Source of the DNA: an uncultured Pseudomonadota bacterium
GTDB taxonomy: Bacteria; Pseudomonadota; Gammaproteobacteria; Enterobacterales; Succinivibrionaceae
Length of the DNA stretch: 64,000 nucleotides
Direction of reading: 5' to 3'
Assembly: GCA_900315145.1 (NCBI GenBank)
Contig: OMYE01000016.1
Coordinates: 2,385-66,384, forward strand
Below, one piece after another: positions 51,184 through 61,172 of the stretch (its first letter is position 1; each line of letters opens with the position of its first letter). The notes under the pieces were generated by a model. The model saw only the letters and a program-made list of their open reading frames with translations, was not told the DNA's origin and ran no database searches. A program made the position numbers and the translations under genes.

Positions 51184-51949
51184 CAGTCAGAATAGCCGTG
51201 CGGTTCAGAATAAACTCTGATAGCTTGAGTATCAAGAGTCACTATTCTGTCCGCACCACGTCGTAAAGCAAGCAGAAAAAACACCTTAATTATTCTCCCT
51301 TTTTTTAATTTCACTTTCCACAGACATTTGCCCTGTACGGATATATCTAATTCTTTCTCTGCTTAACATTTAAACCGATTCAATATAAATTCATCAGATA
51401 CATTTCCAGAATAATACACATTCCGTTACTCATTCTCCGTTTTATTCTCACAGTTTTTACTGACTGTTATCATATTTTTATATTCAGTAGCTATTATTAG
51501 TCTGAAACATGGTTGTACAATGAAATCCGATATCGTATTTGAGATTCCGCAGTCAGGGATAAAACGCCGTAGCTCTATCTGAATAACATATTGTAAAGAT
51601 AGGTCTGTCCGGAAAAACTTCCTGATGGTTAATATAAGATAACCGGTTTCCCCTAAGGAAAATTATCTCCCTTCAGGATACCATTTACCGTAATCATCAT
51701 AAGGGGCTTGCTTAAACGGACAAAATAAAAAAACATGGATGTTGACCGGGCCCAAAAGGCGGAAACGCCTGCTGTTCATAAACTAGACTTATGATTTTTA
51801 TGCCGAACAGCCAAGGTTCTTACGATACATATAACCTCTATCTATCGCCTATGACTTTCACGGAAAAACGAAGCCTGCCACACTTCAGTTAGACAGCGAC
51901 TTGTGAATTTTCCGGTAAAAATCACTGGACCGTTAGAATAGAATTCTGA

Positions 51950-51965
51950 GCAGACACGTGTCTGC
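51950..51965. promoter_or_regulatory. perfect 16-bp palindrome just upstream of the ygiW ribosome-binding site
   Basis: gcagacac|gtgtctgc lies 13 nt before the GGAGGA SD and 21 nt before the ATG. Confidence 0.4.
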
Positions 51966-51986
51966 ATAACGAAAAAAACGGAGGAT

Positions 51987-52379
51987 ATGCCCATGCGCAA
52001 AATTGCTATCTTTTTATTTCTTTCCGCTCTTACCGTACCTGCCTGGGCCGGATTTCAGCAGAATAATGTCAACACCGGCAACGGCGGTTTCGTAGGACCT
52101 GGAGCCACAGCAGGTGTCACCACTGTTGCTCAGGCGAAATCAGCCCGTGACGACAGCCCTTGCGTTCTCACAGGAAGCATTGTACAGCGTATGCCAAGCG
52201 ATAATGATCACTATCTGTTCCGCGATTCCACAGGAGACATTCTTGTAGATATCGATGATGAACTGTTTATGGGACGCACAGTCACACCTGAAACAGTAAT
52301 CCGTATTTACGGTGAAGTGGATAACGAGGTTTTTGAACGTACCAAAGTTGACGTAAAGAATATGGAGATATTGAAATAA
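51987..52379 (+). CDS. ygiW: YgiW/YdeI-family periplasmic OB-fold (BOF) stress protein
   Basis: 130 aa with a signal peptide. TVAQAKSARDDSPCVLTGSIVQRM..DHYLFRDSTGDILVDIDDE....IRIYGEVD matches the family pattern. Confidence 0.8.
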   Translation: MPMRKIAIFLFLSALTVPAWAGFQQNNVNTGNGGFVGPGATAGVTTVAQAKSARDDSPCVLTGSIVQRMPSDNDHYLFRDSTGDILVDIDDELFMGRTVTPETVIRIYGEVDNEVFERTKVDVKNMEILK

Positions 52380-52437
52380 CTTCCATCTCATAAACCTGTT
52401 TCTGAATATCTTTTTATAACCTATTGATATTCATACG

Positions 52438-52466
52438 TAAAAGCCGGCATAAACCGGCTTTTTTAT
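52438..52466. terminator. bidirectional terminator between ygiW and rsuA
   Basis: Stem aagccgg/ccggctt with a 6-nt loop, T6 after and A-rich before. Confidence 0.75.
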
Positions 52467-52541
52467 TACTGATAAATTCAGTAACACTGTGAAATTTTCC
52501 AAAAGTTCCGCATAAAACCAAATGTTATCTTGCTGAATAAA

Positions 52542-53261
52542 TTAAAATTCTGCGCATTCCTCAGGAGTGAGTTTTCTATACTCTCCAGGCTGCATATCCT
52601 TATCAAGGGTAATATTACCTACAGATAGGCGCTTTAATCCAACAACTCTGTTTCCGGTGAAAGCAAACATTCTTTTTACCTGATGATACCTCCCCTCAGT
52701 AATGGTAAGAAGAACATGTCTTGGTTCAAGGATCTTGAGTACTGCCGGTCTAGTAGGAGTTTTCTCCCCGCGAAGCAGTACGCCTTCGGCAAACAACTTC
52801 TCCGCATCAGCACTACAGTCATCAGCAAGCCATACTTCATAGGTTTTTGGATGAGATTTCTTTGGAGAGGTAATACGGTGAGACCATGCCCCATCATCAG
52901 TTATCAGTAATAGACCTTCAGTATCTAGATCAAGCCTTCCGACACAAAAAAGTCCGGATGATTCCTCCAGAAGACTTAAAACAATTGGATTCTGAGGATC
53001 ATCATTAGAACAAACACACCCTTTCGGCTTGTATATCATAAAATACCGTTTTGTTTTTTCGGTGACGACATCCAACTGCCCGCCTTCAAACTCTATGAAG
53101 TCCTCCGGACTTACCTTTAGGGCCACATCCTTGCAGACAGAGCCGTTAACGGTTACCCTGCCCTTTCTGATTATGGTTCCCGCCTCCTTTCTGCTGAAAC
53201 CATAGTTTATGGTAAGACACTTATCAAGTCTTATCGTACTGTTCATAGATAACAGCTCCAC
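52542..53261 (-). CDS. rsuA: 16S rRNA pseudouridine(516) synthase
   Basis: An S4 domain plus GRLDLDTEGLLLITDDGAWSHRITSP...EGRYHQVKRMFA, colinear with E. coli RsuA. The start may be M6 (53246). Confidence 0.88.
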   Translation of the reverse strand: MELLSMNSTIRLDKCLTINYGFSRKEAGTIIRKGRVTVNGSVCKDVALKVSPEDFIEFEGGQLDVVTEKTKRYFMIYKPKGCVCSNDDPQNPIVLSLLEESSGLFCVGRLDLDTEGLLLITDDGAWSHRITSPKKSHPKTYEVWLADDCSADAEKLFAEGVLLRGEKTPTRPAVLKILEPRHVLLTITEGRYHQVKRMFAFTGNRVVGLKRLSVGNITLDKDMQPGEYRKLTPEECAEF

Positions 53262-53284
53262 TAAGTGAATATTTCGTTACAAAT

Positions 53285-53320
53285 AAAAAATCAGAAGAAA
53301 TATATTTCCTCTGATTTTTA
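53285..53320 (-). terminator. terminator after fabB
   Basis: atcagaaga/tcctctgat stem with one mismatch, flanked by an A-run and a T-run. Confidence 0.55.
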
Positions 53321-53364
53321 CAACTGCTCATAAAAGACTGATACCGTCCATTCAGCTTTATAAG

Positions 53365-54579
53365 TTAACCGTGATACTTGTTAAAAATCAGACAAGCATT
53401 GGTTCCGCCGAAGCCGAAGCTGTTGGACATTACACATTCAAGATCTATATTCTTTGCTTCCGTAACAATTGGAAGACCTTCAGCTAGAGGATCCATATTC
53501 TCAATATTAATACTTGGAGCAATAAAGTCATTGTTAAGCATTAACAGTGAATAAATAGCTTCCTGAACGCCTGCTGCACCGAGACTGTGGCCGGTCATTG
53601 CCTTGGTAGCACTAAGGAACGGAACATCTTCGGTAAATGCTGTTCTGATAGCTTCAAGCTCTTTTGTATCACCAACCTTGGTTGATGTACCATGGGTATT
53701 GATGTACTGAACTTTGGTGTTTACGGTTGCCATGGCCTGCTTCATACATCTCACTGCCCCCTCTCCTGAAGGAGCAACCATGTCATATCCGTCAGATGTA
53801 GCGCCAAATCCGGTAATTTCACCATAAATCTTGGCACCTCGTGCCAAAGCATGTTCCAGCTCCTCAACAACAACCATGCCGCCGCCACCGGCAATAACAA
53901 AACCGTCACGATCGACATCGTAAGTACGTGAGGCTTTGGAAGGAGTTTCATTGTACTTAGTACTCAAAGCCCCCATGCCATCGAAAAGACAGGCAAGAGT
54001 CCAGTCCAGTTCTTCACCGCCTCCGGCAAAAACAATATCCTGCTTTCCAAGAAGAATCTGCTCATAGGCCGTACCTATACAATGCGCAGAAGTTGAACAG
54101 GCTGAACTGATACTGTAGTTAAGTCCCTTTATTTTAAATGGTGTGGCCAAACATGCTGATGTTGTTGACCCCATGCATCTTGTCACCTGATAAGGCCCCA
54201 CACGACGGATCCCTTTGGTTCTCAGAATATCACATGCTTCAACCTGACTTCTACTTGATGCCCCACCAGAACCACAGATAAGACCGGTTCTTTCATTTGA
54301 AACCTCTGATTCAGACAGACCTGAATCCTCTACTGCCTGCTGCATAGCGAGATAGGCATAAGCTGCAGCATCCCCCATGAAACGCTTAACCTTACGATCA
54401 ATCAACTCATCCAGATTGAGATCAACAGCTCCCCAAACGTTGGACTTAAGTCCTGCTTCCTTGAACTGTTCAGAAAAAGAAATACCTGATTTACCTGTTT
54501 TCAGGGACTGCAGAACATTCTGCAAATTGTTACCGATACTAGAAACAATCCCCATACCGGTAATAACCGCTCTCTTCAT
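53365..54579 (-). CDS. fabB: 3-oxoacyl-ACP synthase I
   Basis: The N-terminus [28 protein letters not shown] is nearly identical in pattern to E. coli FabB. 404 aa with the active-site Cys context [12 protein letters not shown]. Confidence 0.93.
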   Translation of the reverse strand: MKRAVITGMGIVSSIGNNLQNVLQSLKTGKSGISFSEQFKEAGLKSNVWGAVDLNLDELIDRKVKRFMGDAAAYAYLAMQQAVEDSGLSESEVSNERTGLICGSGGASSRSQVEACDILRTKGIRRVGPYQVTRCMGSTTSACLATPFKIKGLNYSISSACSTSAHCIGTAYEQILLGKQDIVFAGGGEELDWTLACLFDGMGALSTKYNETPSKASRTYDVDRDGFVIAGGGGMVVVEELEHALARGAKIYGEITGFGATSDGYDMVAPSGEGAVRCMKQAMATVNTKVQYINTHGTSTKVGDTKELEAIRTAFTEDVPFLSATKAMTGHSLGAAGVQEAIYSLLMLNNDFIAPSINIENMDPLAEGLPIVTEAKNIDLECVMSNSFGFGGTNACLIFNKYHG

Positions 54580-55629
54580 AATTTACTTCTCTTGATAGTA
54601 ATGTAAAACATCCAAATCTTAATATATACCGTATACTGTGTTCTCTATCTTACAAACATTTGCCACAAATAGAAAACTAAACCAAAATATGATCTGCAAA
54701 TCTAAATTATGCAGGGGTAATAAAAAGATTAAATAAATTGTATCCATAGTACTGCATTACAAACGCTGTCAGTACCGATAATTGTGTCTTCTGTTATAGC
54801 ACCGAACACAACAATTACTTTTATTAGACAAGCATGCACTGATTCACGGCAATACAGATAGATCAACTGCCCGCAACCGGAAGGAGGCGGACCTGCAACT
54901 GTCAGGTCGCAGTAAGGGCAATACACTTTCGACCTTTACCCAGAATAGATACTGCTACCTAACGGGGGTTACATCCCAGGGGGTTTGACGTCGCCACATA
55001 CAGTAGAGCTTACTCTGCTGTATCCGCATCTAAGACTTGAACATTTTCACAATAGTTTATTCACTTACAATGCTCACTCATGGCACCATTACGGTCTCAT
55101 CAGACCTGTATCCGCAATTTTTACAGCAAAAACAGATGTAATATTATATTCCTGTCATCAAGAAGCTTAATTCCGGATAATTTCTGTCATACCCGCGCAA
55201 AGATTGTATTATATTAGCAAATGTTTGTAAACATACGAAACTCTTACCGGAACATCACAAACTCCGCGCAAATACCAGTATTTCTAGTCTCTACGACAGA
55301 TTATCAATCAAAAATTAATTCTATAGATTAAAATATTGGCAACAGACGTGAATAACACGTTTTTTAATACCAATATGCTCTGTCGGAAAACAGAAAAACT
55401 GATTCACCACTCTATCTTAGACAGATATCTTTCCAATAGTTTATTTTTTTTTAGAAATATCGCAAAATGATTTCCCGATTATTTATGAGATCAGCCTGAA
55501 GATTCTGTATAATTGTCACAGGCGGATTCCGTTAATTCCAAACACGGCGACATGATTTCCGATAAAAACAGGTATCCGTTAAAATCGATATATAGACAGC
55601 ACCGCTATCCGTAAACGGTCAATAATAAG

Positions 55630-56418
55630 ATGGAACAGATAATATCTAATATCCCGGAGGCACCCGTAAAATACGCCGACGTGGAGTTTAATGAAAAAAA
55701 CGAACCTCACAGCAGTCTTTTTAACGATGTTTACTTCTCTGACTGCGGAGGAGCAGATGAAACAAGACATGTCTTTATCAACGGCTGCAACATTGAAAAC
55801 AGGCTAACTGAAGCTGCCGCCAATCTTTCAGGTAAAAGAGATACATATGTCATTGGGGAAACGGGCTTCGGCACCGGACTTAACCTGCTAGTTACCATGA
55901 AATGCCACTCTGAACTAAGAGAAAAATTATCAGCAAAAACATCTAATGCTCTCATTCTGCCACGGCTGAATTTCATATCCGTAGAAAAATATCCGTTACA
56001 CATTGACGATATGAAAAAAGCACACAGTCATTTTCCGCAGTTCTCTGAAGAAAGCAGCATTCTTCTTGAATCTCTCAAAAAGAAGCCTCTACACACAGGA
56101 CTTAACACTTTGGAACTTACTCCATGGATTACCGTATACCTTCTTATCGGTGACATTTCCGAATGCTATGGAAATTTAAGTATCAGTCAGCCCGTCGATT
56201 CATGGTACCTTGACGGTTTCAATCCTGAAAGCAATACTGACATGTGGTCATATGATAATATGAAACTTCTAGTAAATCTCAGCCACCCCGGAACCAATCT
56301 CGCGACCTTCACCGTCTGCCGTCAGGTAAAAGATAATCTTAAGGCTGCTGGATTTACATTGATAAAAAAAGCAGGTTTTGGCAGGAAAAGAGAAATGCTC
56401 ACAGGATTTCTGGATTAA
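55630..56418 (+). CDS. mnmC: tRNA mnm5s2U34 methyltransferase, consisting only of the MnmC N-terminal (DUF752) domain
   Basis: 262 aa colinear with residues ~1-250 of E. coli MnmC (FNDVYFS..ETRHVF, ETGFGTGLN, WYLDGFNP..N.DMW, ATFT, GFGRKREML). It stops at the domain boundary. Divergent from fabB as in E. coli. Confidence 0.85.
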   Translation: MEQIISNIPEAPVKYADVEFNEKNEPHSSLFNDVYFSDCGGADETRHVFINGCNIENRLTEAAANLSGKRDTYVIGETGFGTGLNLLVTMKCHSELREKLSAKTSNALILPRLNFISVEKYPLHIDDMKKAHSHFPQFSEESSILLESLKKKPLHTGLNTLELTPWITVYLLIGDISECYGNLSISQPVDSWYLDGFNPESNTDMWSYDNMKLLVNLSHPGTNLATFTVCRQVKDNLKAAGFTLIKKAGFGRKREMLTGFLD

Positions 56419-56544
56419 TTGAAAGTTCCCAAACTCACATGTAAAAAAAAACAGGTAATATTGCTTAAAAATAAAAGTATCAAATCTAGAATCATCAGCC
56501 TCTACTATACCGGTTCTAGAAATATCTGACAAAAAGCCAAAAAC

Positions 56545-56577
56545 ATTAAAAAAGGTCTGACTTTTTAAGTCAGACCC
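56545..56577 (-). terminator. terminator after the 56606-57505 gene
   Basis: 8-bp stem ggtctgac/gtcagacc. The A-run on the + strand gives a U-run on the - strand. Confidence 0.65.
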
Positions 56578-56605
56578 TCAAGTCCAATTAACAGCCGTAT
56601 TCAGT

Positions 56606-57505
56606 TTAATCGGCATTTACAGTTTCTATATAATCCTGTCTTGCGAACGCAGGCATCTTCACACCCATAAGTTTACCGCCACCTGTTTCGTAACGGTACC
56701 TCTTCATTTTTTCTTTTGCCAACTCAATACCATGATTCCCGATATCATTAACCTTGTTTATCAGTTCAGAACAAAGAGCCTGACGCGGAATGAATCTGAT
56801 ACGATTAGAGATTTCCCTAGTAATTTCAACCATAATCTGATTATGCTTAGCTTCGTACTTGGAGACACTGTTCAGGAAATTACCCCACTGACTCTTTACA
56901 TCATCAGACTGGCTTTCAATTCCGACCCACTGAGGAACCATCGTATTTACAGTTGTTACCACATTGGCACCGTAAAACTTGCACTCACCATCTTCCTGTC
57001 TGGTGTCAAGACTCCAGTCGATACCATAGGTAACTTTGGTAACCGTCTTCTTGCCTGTTGAAGCATTCTCAGGGGCAAACATAACGATCTTTTCACGCAG
57101 TTCTGAAGGGTCTTCTGCCTCTACCTGGTAAAAATCGGTATTTCTGTTAATTTCTTCCCTAATGTTCAGATTATGATAGTAGACACTGGCAGTCTGCATC
57201 TGAGGAGTGACAGGTCTGACGACACCGTTATTGTCATGCAGATATTTCTCGTCTATATAGTGAGCATCCCGGCCTGAACTGTTAGAACTCATTGAGGAAA
57301 ATTTTCTGTTTAAAACAGAATCACTGTCATCGGCTCCGTTTATTGCCGGAATTATAAGCATTGCTGCATATAAAAACGATAAAGGGAGAACAACAAAGTA
57401 TATAACCGAACCTATCTTGGACATCTTATCTATCCCATCATATCCTGCTACGGCAGTCTTATAGAAAACAACACCATAGCCAGACATACTGCCCGATCCC
57501 CACAT
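56606..57505 (-). CDS. hypothetical membrane-anchored or secreted protein, possibly DUF922-like
   Basis: One N-terminal TM/signal-anchor segment. The C-terminal pattern ...MVPQW.......W..F...VSKYEAKHNQI resembles the DUF922 predicted Zn-protease fold but has YExxH instead of HExxH. The start may be M28 (57424). Confidence 0.4.
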   Translation of the reverse strand: MWGSGSMSGYGVVFYKTAVAGYDGIDKMSKIGSVIYFVVLPLSFLYAAMLIIPAINGADDSDSVLNRKFSSMSSNSSGRDAHYIDEKYLHDNNGVVRPVTPQMQTASVYYHNLNIREEINRNTDFYQVEAEDPSELREKIVMFAPENASTGKKTVTKVTYGIDWSLDTRQEDGECKFYGANVVTTVNTMVPQWVGIESQSDDVKSQWGNFLNSVSKYEAKHNQIMVEITREISNRIRFIPRQALCSELINKVNDIGNHGIELAKEKMKRYRYETGGGKLMGVKMPAFARQDYIETVNAD

Positions 57506-58476
57506 ATTCTGTATCAGCTACAGTTATGGAAAAAACGGTAATATCTTCAGCTATAGCCTGCAATTACTCACAGTTATGCTTCTTTATCTGTTTTCTTCAC
57601 TCGTAATGTTTATTAAATAAACCGGTCCTTCTCAGCGGATACTGTCTCAGGGATAACACTAGAGGTGTATCTGACTTCTGCATCCACATCGTCGAACATG
57701 ATTTTAAATTGTTATATCATTCCATCTGCTCAGCCATTTGTCTATATAGTAGTGCGCGGGTATGTTTCACCATAACCTTCCACCGGAAATGCCGGATACC
57801 AGACTACATCTAAAGTCTAATAAAATCTGGACTCCATGGACTATTCCGGAAGGATTATTCCCCTTCCGCAGTTCGTTCTGCACTCAGATACAAATGATTA
57901 ATCTGAATAAAAAAGTGCAAAAACATATACATAGATCGTATAGATTTTACTTTATTATTACATCAAGCTCTATTTTTTTATTTTTTCTGAACATTTTTAA
58001 TTGAGATTAATCACGATAACAGATATCAGTTCAGGATAAAAAGTCATCAACTATAAAGCCGCCTATTTTATGTTCTTGGTGCATCAGGAGAAATACTCCT
58101 TTCTGCACAGAAATAAGCTTCAGTCCGCCTATCCTTAATGACGGAAATTCCGTCATCATTACAGGAATACCTGGGACATATTGAACCTGAAGTAAATAAA
58201 TGATATATAACAGTTATACCAGCATTATACTCTTGTTTTGTTTATTTTTTAAACAATTTGTTAATTACTCTTTAAAAAACTGTTTTTTTATTATCATTTT
58301 TTCATAATAAAAAGCCCCCTATTTGAGAGGTAGTTCTCTTTTTTTTTGCATATTTATAAAAATAATAGTATAATTCACGGCAATTTTTGATATTCCAAAA
58401 TATGAATATACATTAATAATTACTAGTCCACATACATTACATAAATTATTAAAAAATAATAAAGGATCAATTATAT

Positions 58477-58695
58477 ATGTCTAAAGAAGACAATATTGAA
58501 ATGCAGGGAGTTGTCCTTGAAACTCTTCCAAATACCACATTTAGAGTACAGTTGGAAAACGGTCATGTTGTAATGGCATACATTTCCGGAAAGATGCGTA
58601 AGAACTACATCAGAATTCTTACCGGTGACAAGGTTACTGTTCAGATGACCCCTTATGATCTGACAAAAGGTCGCATAGTATTCCGCAGTCGTTAA
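58477..58695 (+). CDS. infA: translation initiation factor IF-1
   Basis: 72 aa. [66 protein letters not shown] is essentially canonical. Confidence 0.98.
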   Translation: MSKEDNIEMQGVVLETLPNTTFRVQLENGHVVMAYISGKMRKNYIRILTGDKVTVQMTPYDLTKGRIVFRSR

Positions 58696-58733
58696 TATAT
58701 ACAGTTATATAATCCGTACATTATTCTGGAGGA

Positions 58734-59546
58734 ATGATGCTGCTTTTCATAATAAAGACAATAGTATGCTTCGGAATCATGTACTGTGCTACCCGGTTTT
58801 ACGGTAATGTCAGTGACAACCTGTTGGTAAAGGCGTTCCTTTGTCTAGTAATCATGTTTGCCACATACTGGGTTGATGTATACAGATTTTCATCTATATT
58901 CCTCAACTACTATCTGGCACTTAGAAACTATCGCAAAGGAAAGTACAACAGGGCCTTTGCCACCTTCGAAGATTTACTCGGCAAGGAATTTGCGCCGTCA
59001 CTTCCTTATCTCGCCAGAATGAGATTTGAAGGATTAGGGACAAACATCAATATTGATGCCGCAAAGTTCTACTGTGAAAGAGCTATCAGAAATGATTTTT
59101 CCGAATGTCTCTATCTCCTTGCCGTCATTAATTTTTTCGGTGACAACCTGACAGAATACTTCTACAGCAGAAACAGTAAAAATAAGGCTGACAGACAAAA
59201 CAGTACTATAAAAACTGCAACAGAAGAAAACACTAAACCCTTAAGGAAAAATACTGTTACCAAAAAAAGAAGGACAAACACATATAAATCAGAAATGTCC
59301 CCTGATTACAACGAATGTGTGTTTCATCTTCACTCTTTTTTGGAAAAAGCTTCTGAAACTGATGCTAATTACGGTGATGCCTGTGCCCTTCTGGCGTACT
59401 GCCTCTATACAGGGAAAGGCGTGCCAAAGAATATTGAACAGAGTAACGCTCTTTTTAAGCATGCAACCATGCTGAGCGCCAAGAATGTGAAGTATCTAAG
59501 ACAATGTGCTATCGACAATATCGAAGTAGCAAATTACGTTATGTAG
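58734..59546 (+). CDS. membrane-anchored Sel1-like repeat protein
   Basis: Two N-terminal TM segments, then Sel1/TPR-like repeats (ARMRFEGLGTNINIDAAKFYCERA; AYCLYTGKGVPKNIEQSNALFKHA). Confidence 0.6.
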   Translation: MMLLFIIKTIVCFGIMYCATRFYGNVSDNLLVKAFLCLVIMFATYWVDVYRFSSIFLNYYLALRNYRKGKYNRAFATFEDLLGKEFAPSLPYLARMRFEGLGTNINIDAAKFYCERAIRNDFSECLYLLAVINFFGDNLTEYFYSRNSKNKADRQNSTIKTATEENTKPLRKNTVTKKRRTNTYKSEMSPDYNECVFHLHSFLEKASETDANYGDACALLAYCLYTGKGVPKNIEQSNALFKHATMLSAKNVKYLRQCAIDNIEVANYVM

Positions 59547-59643
59547 GAAATATAGGAAGCTCTGTAACATCTTCTGTAACATCTTCCGTTTTGGAGTATC
59601 AAACAGTTTACTCCGATAATCTAAAACTTCAGAGGAATTTATT

Positions 59644-60054
59644 ATGAGTCCGGAATTATACAAAAGATGGAGACTTGGTTTAGGTTTTGTTACCGCCAAG
59701 AACTTGGCAGAACATTTAGATATGGCTGCCATTTCAATCAGCACATATGAATCAAGAGGAAGTGGCTCAAGTGCTGATGACAAGCTTTTAAGAATTCTTG
59801 AGAAGAAAATCATCGAAAGAAGTGATGACTTCATCAACGCCGTTGTTGAAACAGCCGCAAAATTCGGCATGCTTTCAAATAATTATCAAGCAACAGGAAA
59901 CACTGCATCCGACCAGAATACCGCAGATGATAAAGCAATTGAACAAGCTGCTGCCAGCAAGGCCATCCTGGCTGACAAAGCACTGGAACTCAAGATTTAC
60001 GATCTTGAAGAAAGAGTTAAGACTCTCGAAAAGATTATTGCTAAAAATACTTAA
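59644..60054 (+). CDS. hypothetical protein with an N-terminal XRE-like HTH and a C-terminal coiled coil
   Basis: WRLGLGFVTAKNLAEHLDMAAISISTYESRG resembles an HTH_XRE segment. The C-terminal heptad-like sequence is LELKIYDLEERVKTLEKII. Confidence 0.45.
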   Translation: MSPELYKRWRLGLGFVTAKNLAEHLDMAAISISTYESRGSGSSADDKLLRILEKKIIERSDDFINAVVETAAKFGMLSNNYQATGNTASDQNTADDKAIEQAAASKAILADKALELKIYDLEERVKTLEKIIAKNT

Positions 60055-60336
60055 AACAGAATATTGTCCGGCCGGTGTAACAGTTTAAATCACGACAGAC
60101 CGGACAATACAGCAATAATCACCGGAACTCTAAACTCAAATCAACTGTTGCCGGTACTGTGAAAAAATATAATGTATTTTTAAGTCTGTTTCAAAGCCGG
60201 GATGAATTTATCTCCTGAATGAACTTCTCAGCGTTTTGTTCTCTGAGATGTTTTAAATGAACACTCATTATACAGTTTTTTACACCAGAATACCGCACAG
60301 ACTATCGAACAGCAACAGATAGTAAAATTAAGGTCA

Positions 60337-60368
60337 AAACGCTGAATCACCAGATTCAGCGTTTTTTA
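60337..60368 (+). terminator. strong Rho-independent terminator with no annotated ORF immediately upstream
   Basis: 11-bp stem aacgctgaatc/gattcagcgtt with a 4-nt loop, followed by T6. Confidence 0.8.
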
Positions 60369-60911
60369 TTGTCTTCAGGTAAATACCTCACTTCCCTCTC
60401 TATTATTTACACTCCGGTATCCGTTTCAGATCCATGACATTGTTACTGCACCATTAATGTGAATTAACGCCCAATTATTGCACTTTTTGATTACAAAACA
60501 GGCAAAAAATGATTTTAATCCCCATCTTTATCTTTTAAACAAATAATTACATTTTTGCAATCTTCTTCTCATTTTTAAATTAATTTTTTCTTAATCTAAA
60601 CCGCAGTAATTTTATATTTAAAGCTTTAATCACAGTGTTATATATATCCATCGTACTGAATCCTCGGATAGGACATTTATACAGCTCTAAAAAAAACAAA
60701 AAACGGCATATTTTTTGCTTAACTTAATTAGTTTAAACAGACTGTCTGATATTTTCTTATTAATACAATATTGCCGTTTATCCTAAACTAATCCATATCA
60801 CACAGTCTGTATAACTTCCGGACACCGGTACATAGTCCGGCAACCGGTTTTTAATTCCATAAACAATCGCTCAAATAATTTTTCAGTTTTCTTTTTTAAC
60901 GGAGATGTATC

Positions 60912-61172
60912 ATGCTAAAAGGTACTGTAAAGTGGTTTAATAATGCAAAGGGATTCGGCTTCATCATTCCTGATGAAGGTGGTGATGATGTATTTGCTCA
61001 CTACTCAGCCATATCCATGAGCGGATATAAAACACTTAAACCAGGTCAGAAAGTATCCTATACCGCCGAAGACACCAGCAATGGTCAGCATGCCATTGAA
61101 ATCAAGCCAGAAGAAGAAAACATAGCAGAACAGACTGGAATAAAAAGTGGGGAACTGTCCATTGCCGCTTAA
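60912..61172 (+). CDS. cspD: cold-shock-domain protein, CspD-like with a short C-terminal tail
   Basis: [35 protein letters not shown] matches E. coli CspD closely. Confidence 0.8.
   Translation: MLKGTVKWFNNAKGFGFIIPDEGGDDVFAHYSAISMSGYKTLKPGQKVSYTAEDTSNGQHAIEIKPEEENIAEQTGIKSGELSIAA

Noticed and set aside
51700-51760. A fourth Csr-type sRNA, suggested by ACATGGATGTTGAC and several GGA motifs
   Set aside because: There is no series of loop-presented GGA hairpins, no TACAAT promoter, no upstream TGTRAGA boxes and no terminator.
54880-54930. Possible SRP (4.5S) RNA, because of CCCGCAAC, a CCGGAAGG GGAA-tetraloop hairpin and GTCAGGTC
   Set aside because: The motifs are in the wrong order relative to domain IV (GGUCAGGUCCGGAAGGAAGCAGCC). 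The conserved AGG/AGCA symmetric-loop context is missing, and no extended helix 5 pairing is present.
58325-58347. Terminator-like T9 run upstream of infA
   Set aside because: The preceding stem is only ~5 bp including a G:U pair, which is too weak to call. It may simply be AT-rich promoter DNA.
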